Part shown: piece after piece, positions 51,614-63,991 of the stretch
Layout of the letters: each line of letters opens with the position of its first letter
How positions within the stretch are numbered: position 1 is the stretch's first letter
Assembly: GCF_001194135.2 (NCBI RefSeq)
Contig: NC_068992.1
Location: forward strand, 10,704,337 to 10,768,336
DNA: 64,000 nt
Source: Octopus bimaculoides
Taxonomy: Eukaryota
Reading direction: 5' to 3'
Position numbers and translations under genes: made by a program
The notes under the pieces: model-generated
The model's input: the letters and a program-made list of their open reading frames with translations, nothing else
Database searches by the model: none
Told to the model about the DNA's origin: nothing

Positions 51614-52057
51614 TAAAGATTATTTGCCAACAAAATGTGGCAGTCCGGGTTAGGACGAATGATACTGTTATTTAGCCCCAGGAAACATCGTCTCCAGCTG
51701 GCTATATGACACACTGTTACTGAATGTCTCTCGTTGAGAGATTTAGGAAAATAATGTTTTTATTTATTAGATCAGTGACTGTGTGTCACTTTGAAAATTA
51801 TATATATTTTCGAACAAGGGCTTAGCAGTGCCATCTCAGCCAAGCAGTTATTCTGTGCTGAAGAAGGGAAATAATCCAGAAACTGTGGTCCTCAGATATT
51901 GTTTTGTGATGGGAGGGGTGCTACACTTTCCTGTTTGAAAATATAAAGACACAGATTGTGTGTCGTATAGCCAGCTGGAGATGATGTTTCCTGGGTTAAA
52001 TAACAGTAATGTTCCTCCCAACTGAGACTGCCACATTATGTTGGCAAATAATCTTTA
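51614..52057. mobile_element. Foldback/MITE-like element with ~100-bp TIRs and a central hammerhead-like motif
   Basis: 51614-51714 is reverse-complementary to 51958-52057 (taaagattatttgccaac...ccagctggctata-gacacac); TA at both ends; motif at 51852-51896. Confidence 0.85.
51852..51896 (+). ncRNA. Hammerhead ribozyme-like motif
   Basis: tctgtg CTGAAGA a GGGA aataa TCCa GAAA C tgtg GTC ctcaga: core and GUC intact; helix I 5 of 6 pairs; helix II 3 pairs plus one mismatch at its base. Confidence 0.6.
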
Positions 52058-53266
52058 CCAACAAGAACAGTTAGGCTATAAATGGTAAAACACAAGAACA
52101 AAAACCATAAGACATTAAAATATTAATGGTTTCCATCTACCAAATTCCACTCACAGGGCCTGGGTGAACCTGATTCTGTAATAGAAGACATATTTCAAAT
52201 GTGTTGTGCAGTGAGATTGAACCAAGAACCATGCAGCTGCAAAGTAAACATCTTCTCCACTCGGCAAGTCTATAACATTTTGTCATTTTTAACTTTAAAT
52301 CAACTCTGTAAGTTACTGGTAAATCCTTTTAGTAGCCCCAGGGGGATGGAAGACAATGAATAATATACTTTATGTTCTCTGCTTCTCAATCACAAGGTTT
52401 CAAGTTCAATCCCACTGCATGACTCCTCGGGCAAGTATCTTATAACATAGCCCCCAGCTGACCAAAGCTTCTTGCAAGTTAAACAGTGATTATTCCTAAT
52501 CCTTGTGGCATTGAAAAAACACCTAGGACACTCTGTAAAGGCGTTGGCATTGTGAGAGCTATCCATCCGTAGAAACCATGCAAAAATAGACATTGGAGCA
52601 TGAAGTAGTCCTCCAACTCATCAAAGTCTGTCAAACTGTCCAACTTATGCCAACATGAAAACTGGACATTAAATGATGAGGAGGAGGAGGAGGGGGAGGA
52701 GGAGGAGGAGGTTAGTGATGATGGTAAATTAAGGTTTAGAAAATTTTTCTTTTCTTTGTCATCTTGAAAAATGTATTATTCATAATTTTGTTACACATAA
52801 TTATCATTAATAAAACAACATAGACAATATTTTTTCTTCCTTTTTTTTTCTCTAAATTTAAAACAGTTTTTTGAAAAAGTTTTCATGCAATAACTCCACT
52901 AATTGTTTTAAACTTTCTATGTCCAATGCTTCAGTAATTTTTTTTCCAATTTCCATGTAAGGTATACTAGTTATATTTTATTTAATCTCTTGTGCATCAT
53001 ATAATCAATAATCTTGAGACCATCTGATTTACTGCCTACCAAATTCGCTCTCATGCACTGGTGGTCAGCATGGGGTTAAAGCAGAAAACACTTACCCAAG
53101 GTGTAGTGCAATAGGATTGAACTTGAGATTAACTGGTCACACAAAAAAAATGAGCTTCTCAACCACACAGACATACACAGATGTATGTATGTGTGTGTTT
53201 GTGTGCAAGTGTATCCATGAATAATTACAAACTACATACTTAGCATGAACAAGCTCTGACACTTAC

Positions 53267-53401
53267 AAGTGTGGAATCTTTTGTCTTTTTTCTGATATCA
53301 AATCATTTGCTGTCTCTGTACTTTTAAATACATGTGGCAGAAAGAACCCCATACTTGAAAAATTGAAAGCTGGTAAGGCATAGTTACATGAAGAGCATCT
53401 G
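53267..53401 (-). CDS. Candidate symmetric (phase 2-2) host exon, peptide RCSSCNYALPAFNFSSMGFFLPHVFKSTETANDLISEKRQKIPH; product unknown
   Basis: ttgttttatag|cag| tandem acceptor and consensus |gtaagt donor; 135 or 132 nt; one open frame. No homology recognised. Confidence 0.25.
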
Positions 53402-53544
53402 CTATAAAACAATGCCTCAGTAATACATATACATAGGGAGCATAAGATATTTGAGGACAAATTTATGTTTATAAAAAAAAAACAGATATAATAACAGATA
53501 ATAACTTTATTTATGCATATACATATATATATATGCATATGTAT

Positions 53545-53600
<56 letters not shown>

Positions 53601-53810
53601 TTACTTGTCATACATTATGAATTACCTCGGATGTTAATTCTGCTTGAATATTTTGGTGTCTGATTGCTGGAGATAGTTAACCAAATTCATTTAGCAATGA
53701 GTGCTTTATAGATGTCTGCCTGAATTCATTAATCCCTTGTTATTATAAATGAAATCATTATATATAGATAAATGGAATCATTATCATCATCATTATTATT
53801 ATTATTATCA

Positions 53811-53864
<54 letters not shown>

Positions 53865-54201
53865 CACACACTCCTCTAACCCATTCTAGTATGGAAAAAA
53901 CAGATGTATAAAAAGATAACAAAAGACAAATGAAAGAAAGCAAATCATTATGATTACAACTACATTATAGTTGCTATATTAAGATCTAACCCCACTGTAT
54001 CACTTCATGTTCAGAATACAATGTTGGGGAGACAAGATATGAACTTCCAACCTTTCAGCTGCATCTTATTAACTCAGTCATCTGTGTGTTTCCGCATGAT
54101 ATTAACTCCTAATAAATTTAATGAAGCATGTACTAACATAGTATTTAACCTATTTGATCATGCGAGGCCGCAAAGGAATCATGAGGCTCTATTTCCTTTC
54201 A

Positions 54202-54203
<2 letters not shown>

Positions 54204-54250
<47 letters not shown>
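54204..54250. repeat. (CT)n microsatellite
   Basis: Directly visible. Confidence 0.97.
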
Positions 54251-54254
<4 letters not shown>

Positions 54255-54922
54255 ACTTTCTCTATCACTCTTGACATCTGCCTTTCCCTCTCTCTCTCTT
54301 TCTCTCTCTGTGCCATTGTTATTCGCAAATTACTAGATAAACAAAATTGGTTGGTCTGTTAGGGTTAAGGAACCATAAAAGAAAGGATTTAACAAGCCTG
54401 GCACAAAGGAAGTGACATCACTGTGAAGAATGGATCAGTGCTGGTCGCACCATAGAGACTATGAAGAGATGTTTATTAATGTCTACTGTTATACAGCAGA
54501 GAATTTTAATTACATTCAGTACAGCTGTTTAATAATGTAACAAGGCATATAGACAAATTATTGATTTCTTTTGATACGACACAACACTAATTTTTATTAG
54601 AGGAAATGGGTGTAGCTAACTGAATCAACTTCAGTATATTGAAAGCACATATACAATATGAACCAACCAGAAAAACCTTTGCATGGCTGCATGACCTGCT
54701 AGAAATAGCAAACAAATCTCCATCAAGCTGCACCCTATCATTCTGAAATAAGATTACTTACACTGGGTTATATAGTCATAGGTGACTGTAATTGTCATCA
54801 TTATTGTTTTAACAAAGGTTTTTTTAAATTTTTGCAATGTGTCAGATGGAACTTGTTGAAGCTGATCATATACATGAATTGCAAAATTTACTCACTGCAT
54901 TAAAACCAATATATATATATAT

Positions 54923-54983
<61 letters not shown>

Positions 54984-56348
54984 GAAAATTACATTTGTGG
55001 TTTGTAAATAATGTTCGTTTATTAACATTTACTCCATTTTACTGTTAGGAAGTCAAGAGACTACTGTGCCTCTGACTAAAGAATTGGCCAACATGAAATA
55101 TATTATCGAGATGTTGTTGCCTATGGCTTGCTAAAAATACCATTTAGGATTATAATCTTAGCATTTATACTTCCAACTAAGAGTAAATATATCTTACAGG
55201 TGTAAATATGTGAGGATTTTCAGTTTTCCACACACATAACTTTTTAATAAACTTGTTGCTTGGCATTTAGATTTATCATATGTTTATTCCATCATTGTTA
55301 CATCTGTTTTTCTGTACTAGTATGGGTTAGATAAGTGACTTACTGACGCATCATTTTGCTACTGGATGCCTTTCCTGTCAATAACATTCAACTGTTTTTT
55401 TTTTAAGTAAAAAATCTTTTATTTTACATGTCATCAGAGGCACGAAATGAGTAGAGGATTTGACAGGGGACAATTACAAAGCATAAATACTTGCAGCTGA
55501 GACATTTTCAGTGAAGCACAAATGTAAGTAAACACACAAACACACAAACACAAACACAGACAGGTCACTAGATGTCCTTTTTAATTATTATTACTGATAT
55601 GACATAATATGTCATATGTGTTTGTATATTGATCTTATTGTCCTGTCCTCTTAGTTGAAAAATAAACAGGTAAATTGACAAAATACAGTGTCTGCAAGTT
55701 GATGAGTACCACATATTCCCCTCCTGAAAGTTCTAACAGTGGGACTGAACCTGAAACCATGTGACTACGAAGTGAACTTCTAAAGCACACATCCTCGTCT
55801 ACTGCACTGATATGTTCATGCATAATTTATATTGATACATTTCTACACATCCAATGATAAAGCATCTTTGATTTTTCACAGAATCTGATTTTGTGAAAAG
55901 TTGAAAGAGTGAGAGTATGATTTCAAATATGTTCTGCTGTTAAACTTATGTGAACCATAACATTTCTATAAAATGTAAATGTTAATGTCTCTTAGCTGTG
56001 AAGTAAATTTCAGAGCCATGGCTTAGAATTTTGTTTAATCAGGATAAGTGGATGTATGTTTGTTCTTTTCATATTTGTTGTTTTTGTTTTTCTGCTAGCA
56101 TGGGTTAAAGGAATATATATATTATTGAGGCATTGCTTTTACAGCTTGAGGCCCTTCTTGTCACTAATCCTTATCTCTCTTTTACAAGTATGCATTCCTG
56201 AAAGCTCAGAGCTAACAGAAAATTTATTGTTAGGGGAAAATCCAGCATATCAACAACTATGATAACTCTGTTAATTTTCAGAGGATTGCAGAATATAAAC
56301 ACACAATCACACACATAGTGCAACAAACATACTAACACATACATGCGC

Positions 56349-56389
<41 letters not shown>

Positions 56390-56701
56390 TCATATTCACA
56401 TATATATCCACATTCATTAGACTGTGACCATGCTAGAACACCACGAAGAATTTTCGTCAAAAAAATCAATCCCAGTATTTATTTACCTGTTTTTGAAAAC
56501 CTGGTAATTATTCTATTAGTCTCATCGGCTGAACCACTACGTTACAGAGTTTAACACAGGTGTGTGTGNNNNNNNNNNNNNNNNNNNNNNNNNNNNNNNN
56601 NNNNNNNNNNNNNNNNNNNNNNNNNNNNNNNNNNNNNNNNNNNNNNNNNNNNNNNNNNNNNNNNNNNNNNNNNNNNNNNNNNNNNNNNNNNNNNNNNNNN
56701 N

Positions 56702-56733
<32 letters not shown>

Positions 56734-57142
56734 TGTGTATGTATATATATTTGTGTGTGTGTATCATCATTATCATCATTTAACATCCGTTTTCCATGCT
56801 GTCTTGGATTAGACAGTTTGATAGAATCTGGTCAGCTGGAGAGCTGCACAGGCTCCATGTCTGTTTGACATGGAACCAGCACCCATGCGCCCACAATATT
56901 AGGGATGCTCAACTGAAGAGGGGTGCAGAGGACATGCTTGTATAAAAAGATGACCATGTGATTACTTAGCCTGACGTGACTTCTCATGCTGAGCAAACCA
57001 TCATGAAAGATCATGAAAATTGTTCAAACTGAAGTCCTTCTTGGGCAACACATTTTTCCATTCAAGTCAATACAGAATTACAGATAGAATTTATGGAATT
57101 TTGATTTACTGTCAGTTGACTTTGGTCAGCTCTGCATACATG

Positions 57143-57174
<32 letters not shown>

Positions 57175-58145
57175 TGTATGCATGTATGTATGTATATGGC
57201 TGACCTCTTTCAGTTCCCACCTGCCAAATCCATTCACAAGTCTTTGGTTGGCTCAGTCTTATAGCAGAAGACATTTCAAGGTGCCACACAATGAACCTAC
57301 AAACAAATGTTTTGGAAGCAAGCTTTTTAACCACAATCATACCCACCTTGGATAAAATACCCACCAGTTTTTGGCAACGGTTCCAGATGATTTGATTTCA
57401 ACACTCAGGAGATTAGTAAACTTGAGCAATCTAAAATTATATGATATACCTGCAATGAATTTGAACTCAAGATCTATAAGTTTGTATGGTAGTTTTATAC
57501 CATTCAGCTGTTTCACACATTGAAGATTTTCCTAGAGTAAGAATATATATTTTCCAACATAAAATTAATGCGTTTTGGTTTGGTTTGAACTAAAAGCATT
57601 TGTTTTTGAAAGTGAATTTTATTAAAATTGTAGTTATTACAACAGTAAAAAATATTTACATCAAAATCTTCACAGATTTTGATGTAAATAATTGAAATAT
57701 ATCAAATCTTGTAACCTGCAAACATGTCATATTTTAGATATATTATAGTTTTTTTCATTTCTAATCTAAAATTTTAGGAAAAAAATTTCTTTATGTGTTT
57801 TTAAAATTTGGTTAGAATCATAAAAAGATAAATAAATAGTTATAAATGTAAAAATCAGTTTTTCAGGTAACAATTTAAAATGAATTTTAATGGAAGAAAT
57901 AATATATTTATCAGATATAACTATATGGCTGATTTATATTGTTTTATTTAGTTTAAAATTTTGGAAAAAATAAGCAATTGTTATTAGTTGAAAATAACAA
58001 CATCTCAAATGCTATTAGGATTGGGATGTAAAAGTTATTTAATGCATGGAGCACTAAAAAGCTAATTAGAAATAATTATACAGTGAAGATAAACAATTAT
58101 TGTCAATTACTAATGTTGTCTTTAGTTTTTCTGGATGCATGAAGC

Positions 58146-58980
58146 CGGTGAGCTGATAGAATCATGAGCACACTGGGCAAAATGCTATGTAGAATTTTGT
58201 CCATCTTTACATTTTGAGTTCAAATCCTGCTGAAGTTAACTTCACCTTTCATCCTTTCAGGATTGATGAAATAAGTACCAGTCAAATACTGGGGTAGATG
58301 TAATCGATTTACTTCCTCCCTTGAACTTGCTGGCCTTGTGTCAAAATTTGAAACCATTATTTCTGGACATATAAAGCTGGCAGAATTATAACCGCATCTG
58401 ATAAAATGCTTAACAGTATTTCTTTCAGTTCATCACATTCTGAGTTCAAATCCTACTGCATTTGGCTTTGCCTTTCACCCCTTTGGAAGTTGATGAAATA
58501 AAATACCAGTCAATTACTGGGGTCAATGCAATAAACTTTCTCCTACTCCTCAAAATTGCTGTCCTTGTACCAAATTTAGAAGGAATTATTTCTCAACACA
58601 TAAATGTTGTGGAGTGGCAGAATTGGTAGATCATTGAAAAAATTCTATACATTCTGAGTTGAAATCCAGCCAATGAAGCTTTGCCTTTGTCTTTCATCCT
58701 TCAGGAATTGATAAAATAAAGTGATAATACTGTGGTTTATGGTATCTACTAAGCCCTGCCCACTGAATTTTAAGTCTTGTGCCTATGTTAGTGCCATGTT
58801 TAGAGCATGTGATATTTGTTCTAGCTTGTTACATTCTGAGTTCAAATCCCAATAAAGTCAACCTTACTTTTCTTTCCTCTTGACCAAAAAAAACGAAGTA
58901 CCAGTCAAATATTGAGGTTAAGGAAGTTGACAAGGCTTCTTCCCTCAGAATTGCTGGCCTTGTATTTAAATTAGAAATCA
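58146..58980 (+). mobile_element. Head-to-tail array of four diverged SINE family A copies
   Basis: The motif ttctgagttcaaatcc...ctttcatcc...aagtaccagtcaa...ccttgt recurs four times at roughly 210-230 bp spacing. Confidence 0.85.
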
Positions 58981-59829
58981 TAGAGTAGTGGATTGGCCGA
59001 ATCTATGACTTATATTAAGACATAGGTCTGTATGGAGCCCCAGGACTCACAAAGCCTGGTCTTCATGGCTTATAAATGACTGAGACTGCAATGCTTCAAC
59101 ACCTTCTGGATGGTACGCTGGTCCATCACAGGGTTAACTTCCTAGCTATTGCAGAATTTCGTTTGAAGTTGAGTCAAATGGAGAAAGGTGGAAAGAAATG
59201 TTTTGCTCAAGAACACAATGCACCACCCAGTTCAGGAATTGAAATCATGGTCATACACCCTCACTAGAGTTGGGGAAAATATTATGCTGTATTTACTCCA
59301 GCTCTCAATATTCTATTCAAATCATGTTGAGATTAACTTTGCCTTTTATCTTCCCAGGATTAATAAATATGTACCAGTGATGTACTGGGTCTGGTTGCTA
59401 TAACTGGCTGTCCTCCTCTCCACAATTTCTGACCTTGTGCCTAAATTGGTAATTATCATTTCCAGGTGTAGGCATGATTGTGTTGTTGAAAAGTTCACTT
59501 CACAAGTACAAGGCTTGGTTTCAATCTCTGCTCATGACACTTTTGGCAAATATTTTCTGTCATAGACTCAATTTAATCAAACCCTTGTGAATGAAATTTA
59601 GAAGACAAAAGCAGCTTCTGAGAGGAGCCTTTACTTGCGTTTAGGATGTAAACTTCATCTGGTGCTTGTTTAAACACTACCATATCATCTGGCCTTTGGG
59701 TCCCTTGATCAGAGTTTACTTTGACTCTTTTTTAAACATCCAGAGCAGTACTTCAGATTCATAATGATTTCCTTTCTTTGAACCCCTAATCCCAGTTTCA
59801 AAATTCCTGGAAAATGTCATGGGGACTAT

Positions 59830-60230
59830 CTGTCTTCATCAGACTATGAAGCTCCAATAAAAAAAAAACACAGGGCAATTGAAAATGAATGGTATCAAAA
59901 ACAAAAAAAAACGTATGTTTACCTGCCAAGTTTTGTTTGACAACACTGATAAATCTTGCCTTTTCCAAATTGCTCACTAGCATGATTTAAGATTTTGGGG
60001 CATAGAAAATTTGTGGGCCATACTGGAATATGAACGTGATTCTCCAAGGTAACCGTTTGCTGCTCCATAATAAACTAAAAAATTTTGGGCCTTTCTTTTT
60101 CACAAAGTCCACCATTACAGGGTGCACCTACCTTAACATGATGTCCATTTGGCTGTTGTTTCAGTCGGAAGAAGAGGTGCCTGACATCATTATGCATCAT
60201 GACAGGGCCCATCTGTAATTACCAGTAGGA
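59830..60230 (+). mobile_element. Decayed Tc1/mariner-superfamily transposase fragment
   Basis: HDLRFWGIENLWAILEYERDSP...GPFFFTKSTITGCTYLNMM...IIMHHDRA matches HN.RIWG.ENP....HERDSPK...GPFFF...TVTG..YL.ML...FQQDGA. Confidence 0.8.
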
Positions 60231-60785
60231 GACCAAAGACTTTTGCATAAATATTTCAGAGGAAAACTGAAAGAAGCCTATGGTATATATGTACATATAT
60301 AAAATGATGTTGTCTGCTTTGAGATGTCTGTACATATGTATGAGTGTGTGTATGTATACACACACTCATACATACAGTTTTATATATGTGACTATATTAT
60401 CCAACAAGCTGCTACATTTTCCAAGATGGAATGATATGATTTGAATGGAAGTCAGTTACTACTTGCAGCATGACAAGTAACCACATTATTTCTCCATCTG
60501 TAACAATGGTATATATGTGAAACATTTGCAAATGATAAGTATAAAGTGGCAAATATTATTTATAATAAATTTTATTTATTTAATATAAATCATGTTTTAT
60601 ATGAACATTATTTTTATAGCTTTCCAATAATTTTACACTGAACTATGTATGAAATAAATATATTGAATAAAGACAAGCAAAAACAAAACCAACCTTCTTC
60701 TTTAGTCGCAGAGGACATTATAAAAATATGTGACCTGTTTTTCATTCTTGACTATTCAAAGTCATTGCTGTTATTCTATGTGATA

Positions 60786-60825
<40 letters not shown>

Positions 60826-60889
60826 CATGTGTATTTATTTTCAAATTAGAACTTAAAAGCATATATTAAGCAAAATAGCAATATGAGAA

Positions 60890-60890
60890 T

Positions 60891-60988
<98 letters not shown>

Positions 60989-60990
60989 TC
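60890..60990. repeat. Compound (CTA)n(ATA)n microsatellite
   Basis: Directly visible. Confidence 0.97.
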
Positions 60991-61214
60991 TTTCTTTATT
61001 GGCCACCAGGGTCGAACACAACACATAGAGGATGATGCACAAACGAGGGACAGTGAAGTTAAATGTGTAAACAGCGAAAAAACATCATGATTAACAAAGA
61101 GATTAAATCAACAATATGCTTCCGCAATAAATGATGATAATAAAAGTAGTAGTAGTAGTAATAATAATAATGATGATGATGATGATAAAAATGATGATGA
61201 TGATGATAATAATA

Positions 61215-61320
61215 CCAAGGGAACAAAAAGGATGTCGGAAGAATTCTCAGAGTACCAAGGATCACCTGGTCATCGATAAAACAGTTTTGAAGGCATCGTA
61301 AAAAGCATCATACAAACGTA
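61215..61320 (+). mobile_element. R4/Dong-like RT fragment
   Basis: PREQKGCRKNSQSTKDHLVIDKTVL matches the RLE-clade RT motif P.EQKGCR....GTKDQLLIDK.VL; abuts (AAT)/(GAT) tracts. Confidence 0.8.
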
Positions 61321-62209
61321 ACAGCAGACGAAATACCGCTAAGCATTTTGCCCGGCGTGCTAACATTTCTGCCAGCTCACCACTGCTTCTCAGTTTGTTT
61401 CTGCTTCTCTTTTTCTTTTTCCCGTTGGCATGATTCACTTTGTTTCCTTGGTAACAGTAGTTTCAGGCTCCTCATCCAATTTAGGGTTGATGGCAAGTTC
61501 CCTTTTGAATTTATAAGCCTTTTTGACAACAGAGTGTAACTTTTAGTTGCTTTCACGTGGTTGGGAAGCAAGATTCTTACCACACAGCCATTATTATTAT
61601 TATTGTTATTGTTGTTGTTGTTGTTATTCACACACTGTGACTATTCTGAGAGAATATATTGTTATTCAAATTGTTGTCACACCTAAGTATATCAGTTATG
61701 ATGATTGATGTGGTTTGGCAGAGCTCTTTAAATTCATGCAAGAATGGAAAATAACCAATATTTAATAAAATTATGATGGTGAAATTGAGGTCAGTAATGT
61801 TTCATGATCATTACATTGAAAAATAAAAATAAATAAATAAGTACAAAACAAAGCTATATAAATAAGAATAAAATCAAAGAAATAAAAATATAAGTTGAAA
61901 GAAAAATTTTAAAATAACAGAAATATATGACTCAGTTTTAGTTTTTCTTTTTGACTAATGTTTGTTTAGACTAATCATTGTATTAACATGGCAAATATTT
62001 TTATTTTATTTTATTTCATTTATTTGTATATTTATTTATTTGGTGAAATTGAATTTGTGGTCTGCGTTGTTTCCTGGTTTTAGAAGGATGCAGAGTGATA
62101 TGTTTGGTAAATTTAGATAATGATAGAGTATGTATGATCAGCAATATCAGTGTACAACTGCTTATTTTGATGTGTGCTACAGAGCATCTATGCATGAGTG
62201 TATATAGGG

Positions 62210-62562
62210 GCAGGTGTGGCTGTGAGGTAAGAAGCTTGCTTCCTAACCACATGGTTCCGGGTTCAGTCCCACTGTGTAGCAGCTTGGGCAACTGTCTTCT
62301 ACTATAGCCTTGGGCCTACCAAAGCCATGTGAGTCAGTTTCGTAGATAGAAACTGAAGAAAGCCAGCCATACACATGCACACACACACACACACACATAC
62401 ACACTTCTATGTATGTGTTCCATTTTATCTGTGTTTATCCCCCGTCACTGCTTCACATCTGATTCAGTCCCACTGCATAACACCTTGGGCAAGTGTCTTC
62501 TACTGTAGCCTTGGGCTGACCAAAACCTTAAGTGGATTTGGTAGATGGAAAGTGAAAGGAGC

Positions 62563-62570
<8 letters not shown>
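62210..62570 (+). mobile_element. Two SINE family B 5' halves
   Basis: Heads at about 62210-62350 and 62460-62570. Confidence 0.8.
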
Positions 62571-62596
<26 letters not shown>

Positions 62597-62602
<6 letters not shown>

Positions 62603-63080
62603 CAAAACAAAAAAATGGAACAAGAACGTAACAGGCAACAACAAAACATTCAGACAGTTAGATGATACAAAAAAAGACAGGAAAAAATCAAGGACAGGTC
62701 ATTCGGAGCTTTCAATCTTCAGTCAAGTACCGGACTGACTTTGTAGTTTCGGCCGGTTACTCTCGAGACTGCTCTAATCTGGCTGGCCCCAAAAAAGTCT
62801 AAGCTAAGAGCGCTGGATTCTTTGGAAGAAAGCAATATATATATGGATATATATAAACAAAATTAAGGGATCAGCAACAGGTTGCTTCACCACATACCGA
62901 AGTTCAGAAATAGCAGCTAAAAATGAAGCAACCTGTTGCTGATCCCTTAATTTTGTTTATAAATGTATAAGAACTTTTAAATAAGTTGCACACCGATAAT
63001 GGTGCTTACATACCGAAGGGCTTGGTAAAAATTATTAATTATTAATTTATTAATAAATTGATAATCCTTTACCCTTTTAA
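62597..63080. mobile_element. TA-flanked repeat with an inverted terminal duplication, probably a Penelope-like terminal repeat
   Basis: Perfect 38-bp inverted repeat (62852-89 and 62924-61); CpG-rich core; flanked by (TA)n; hammerhead-like remnant CTGAAGA...CGAA on the minus strand at ~62700-62722. Confidence 0.5.
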
Positions 63081-63876
63081 TTGTAATAATATATGGATAT
63101 ATATATATACACACACATATATCTATGTATGTATGTATACATGTATTTATGTATGTATGTATATATGTATATATATATGTATATATATGTATATGTGTAT
63201 GTCTTTGTATCAGTATGTTTGCCTTCCACCACCACTTGACAACTGGTGTTGCTGTGTTTACATCTATGTAACCTAGTGGTTCAAAAAAAAAGGCTGATAA
63301 AATAAGTATCAGGCTTTCAAACAAAAAACAAAAAAAGAACTGAGTCCCGGGGGTCGATTCGATTAACTAAAATTTCTATGAGGCATGATCAATTAAAATT
63401 TCTATAACCCTAACCCCATCATGGCCACAGTGTAATGACTGCAGCAAATAAAAAACTAAAAGATAAAAGATATATTTATTTCTTTATGTGTGTGAGCATG
63501 TGTGTGTGTGTGTGCATGCGTGTGTGTGAGGGGGGTAGTATGTGTTTGTGTATATATGAGTTTGTTAGCTTTGCAAGGCATCATTTGTACGACTGAATGA
63601 ATGACAATATATGAGAATTCTTATTGCTTTCTGGGCATATTAAGCAATGGCTTCATGGTGTCTTACTCTATATTGCACATCCAGGTTCCTTGTTATAGAC
63701 ATTTTGCTGCATGCAAGGCACTTTATAGGCTGAAGAATAGCATGTTTTTACTTTCCCTTTATTAGGATTTTGAGTCGTATTAACTTAAACAATGTATATA
63801 CATTTTCAGCTTGTACATTACAATATATATAATAATATACCTACAAACACACATGCACATACAAATTTGTATACAC

Positions 63877-63922
<46 letters not shown>

Positions 63923-63959
63923 ATTATATTTATGTATATATGCATTTGTGTATATATTG

Positions 63960-63991
<32 letters not shown>

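Noticed and set aside
56905-56935. CTGAAGAGGGG hammerhead-like start
   Set aside because: No downstream GAAA or helix III; truncated or chance.
62690-62725. Minus-strand CTGAAGA...CGAATGACCTGTC as a functional hammerhead
   Set aside because: GAAA is broken and helix I strands are not complementary; kept only as weak support for a PLE origin.
213-63324. Most ORF-track entries (poly-I/Y/T/M/H, YIYI, CVCV, HTHT and X-filled ORFs up to 364 aa)
   Set aside because: They are translations of microsatellites or N-gaps, not coding sequence.
63404-63418. taaccctaaccc telomere-like repeat
   Set aside because: Only two units inside a SINE tail.
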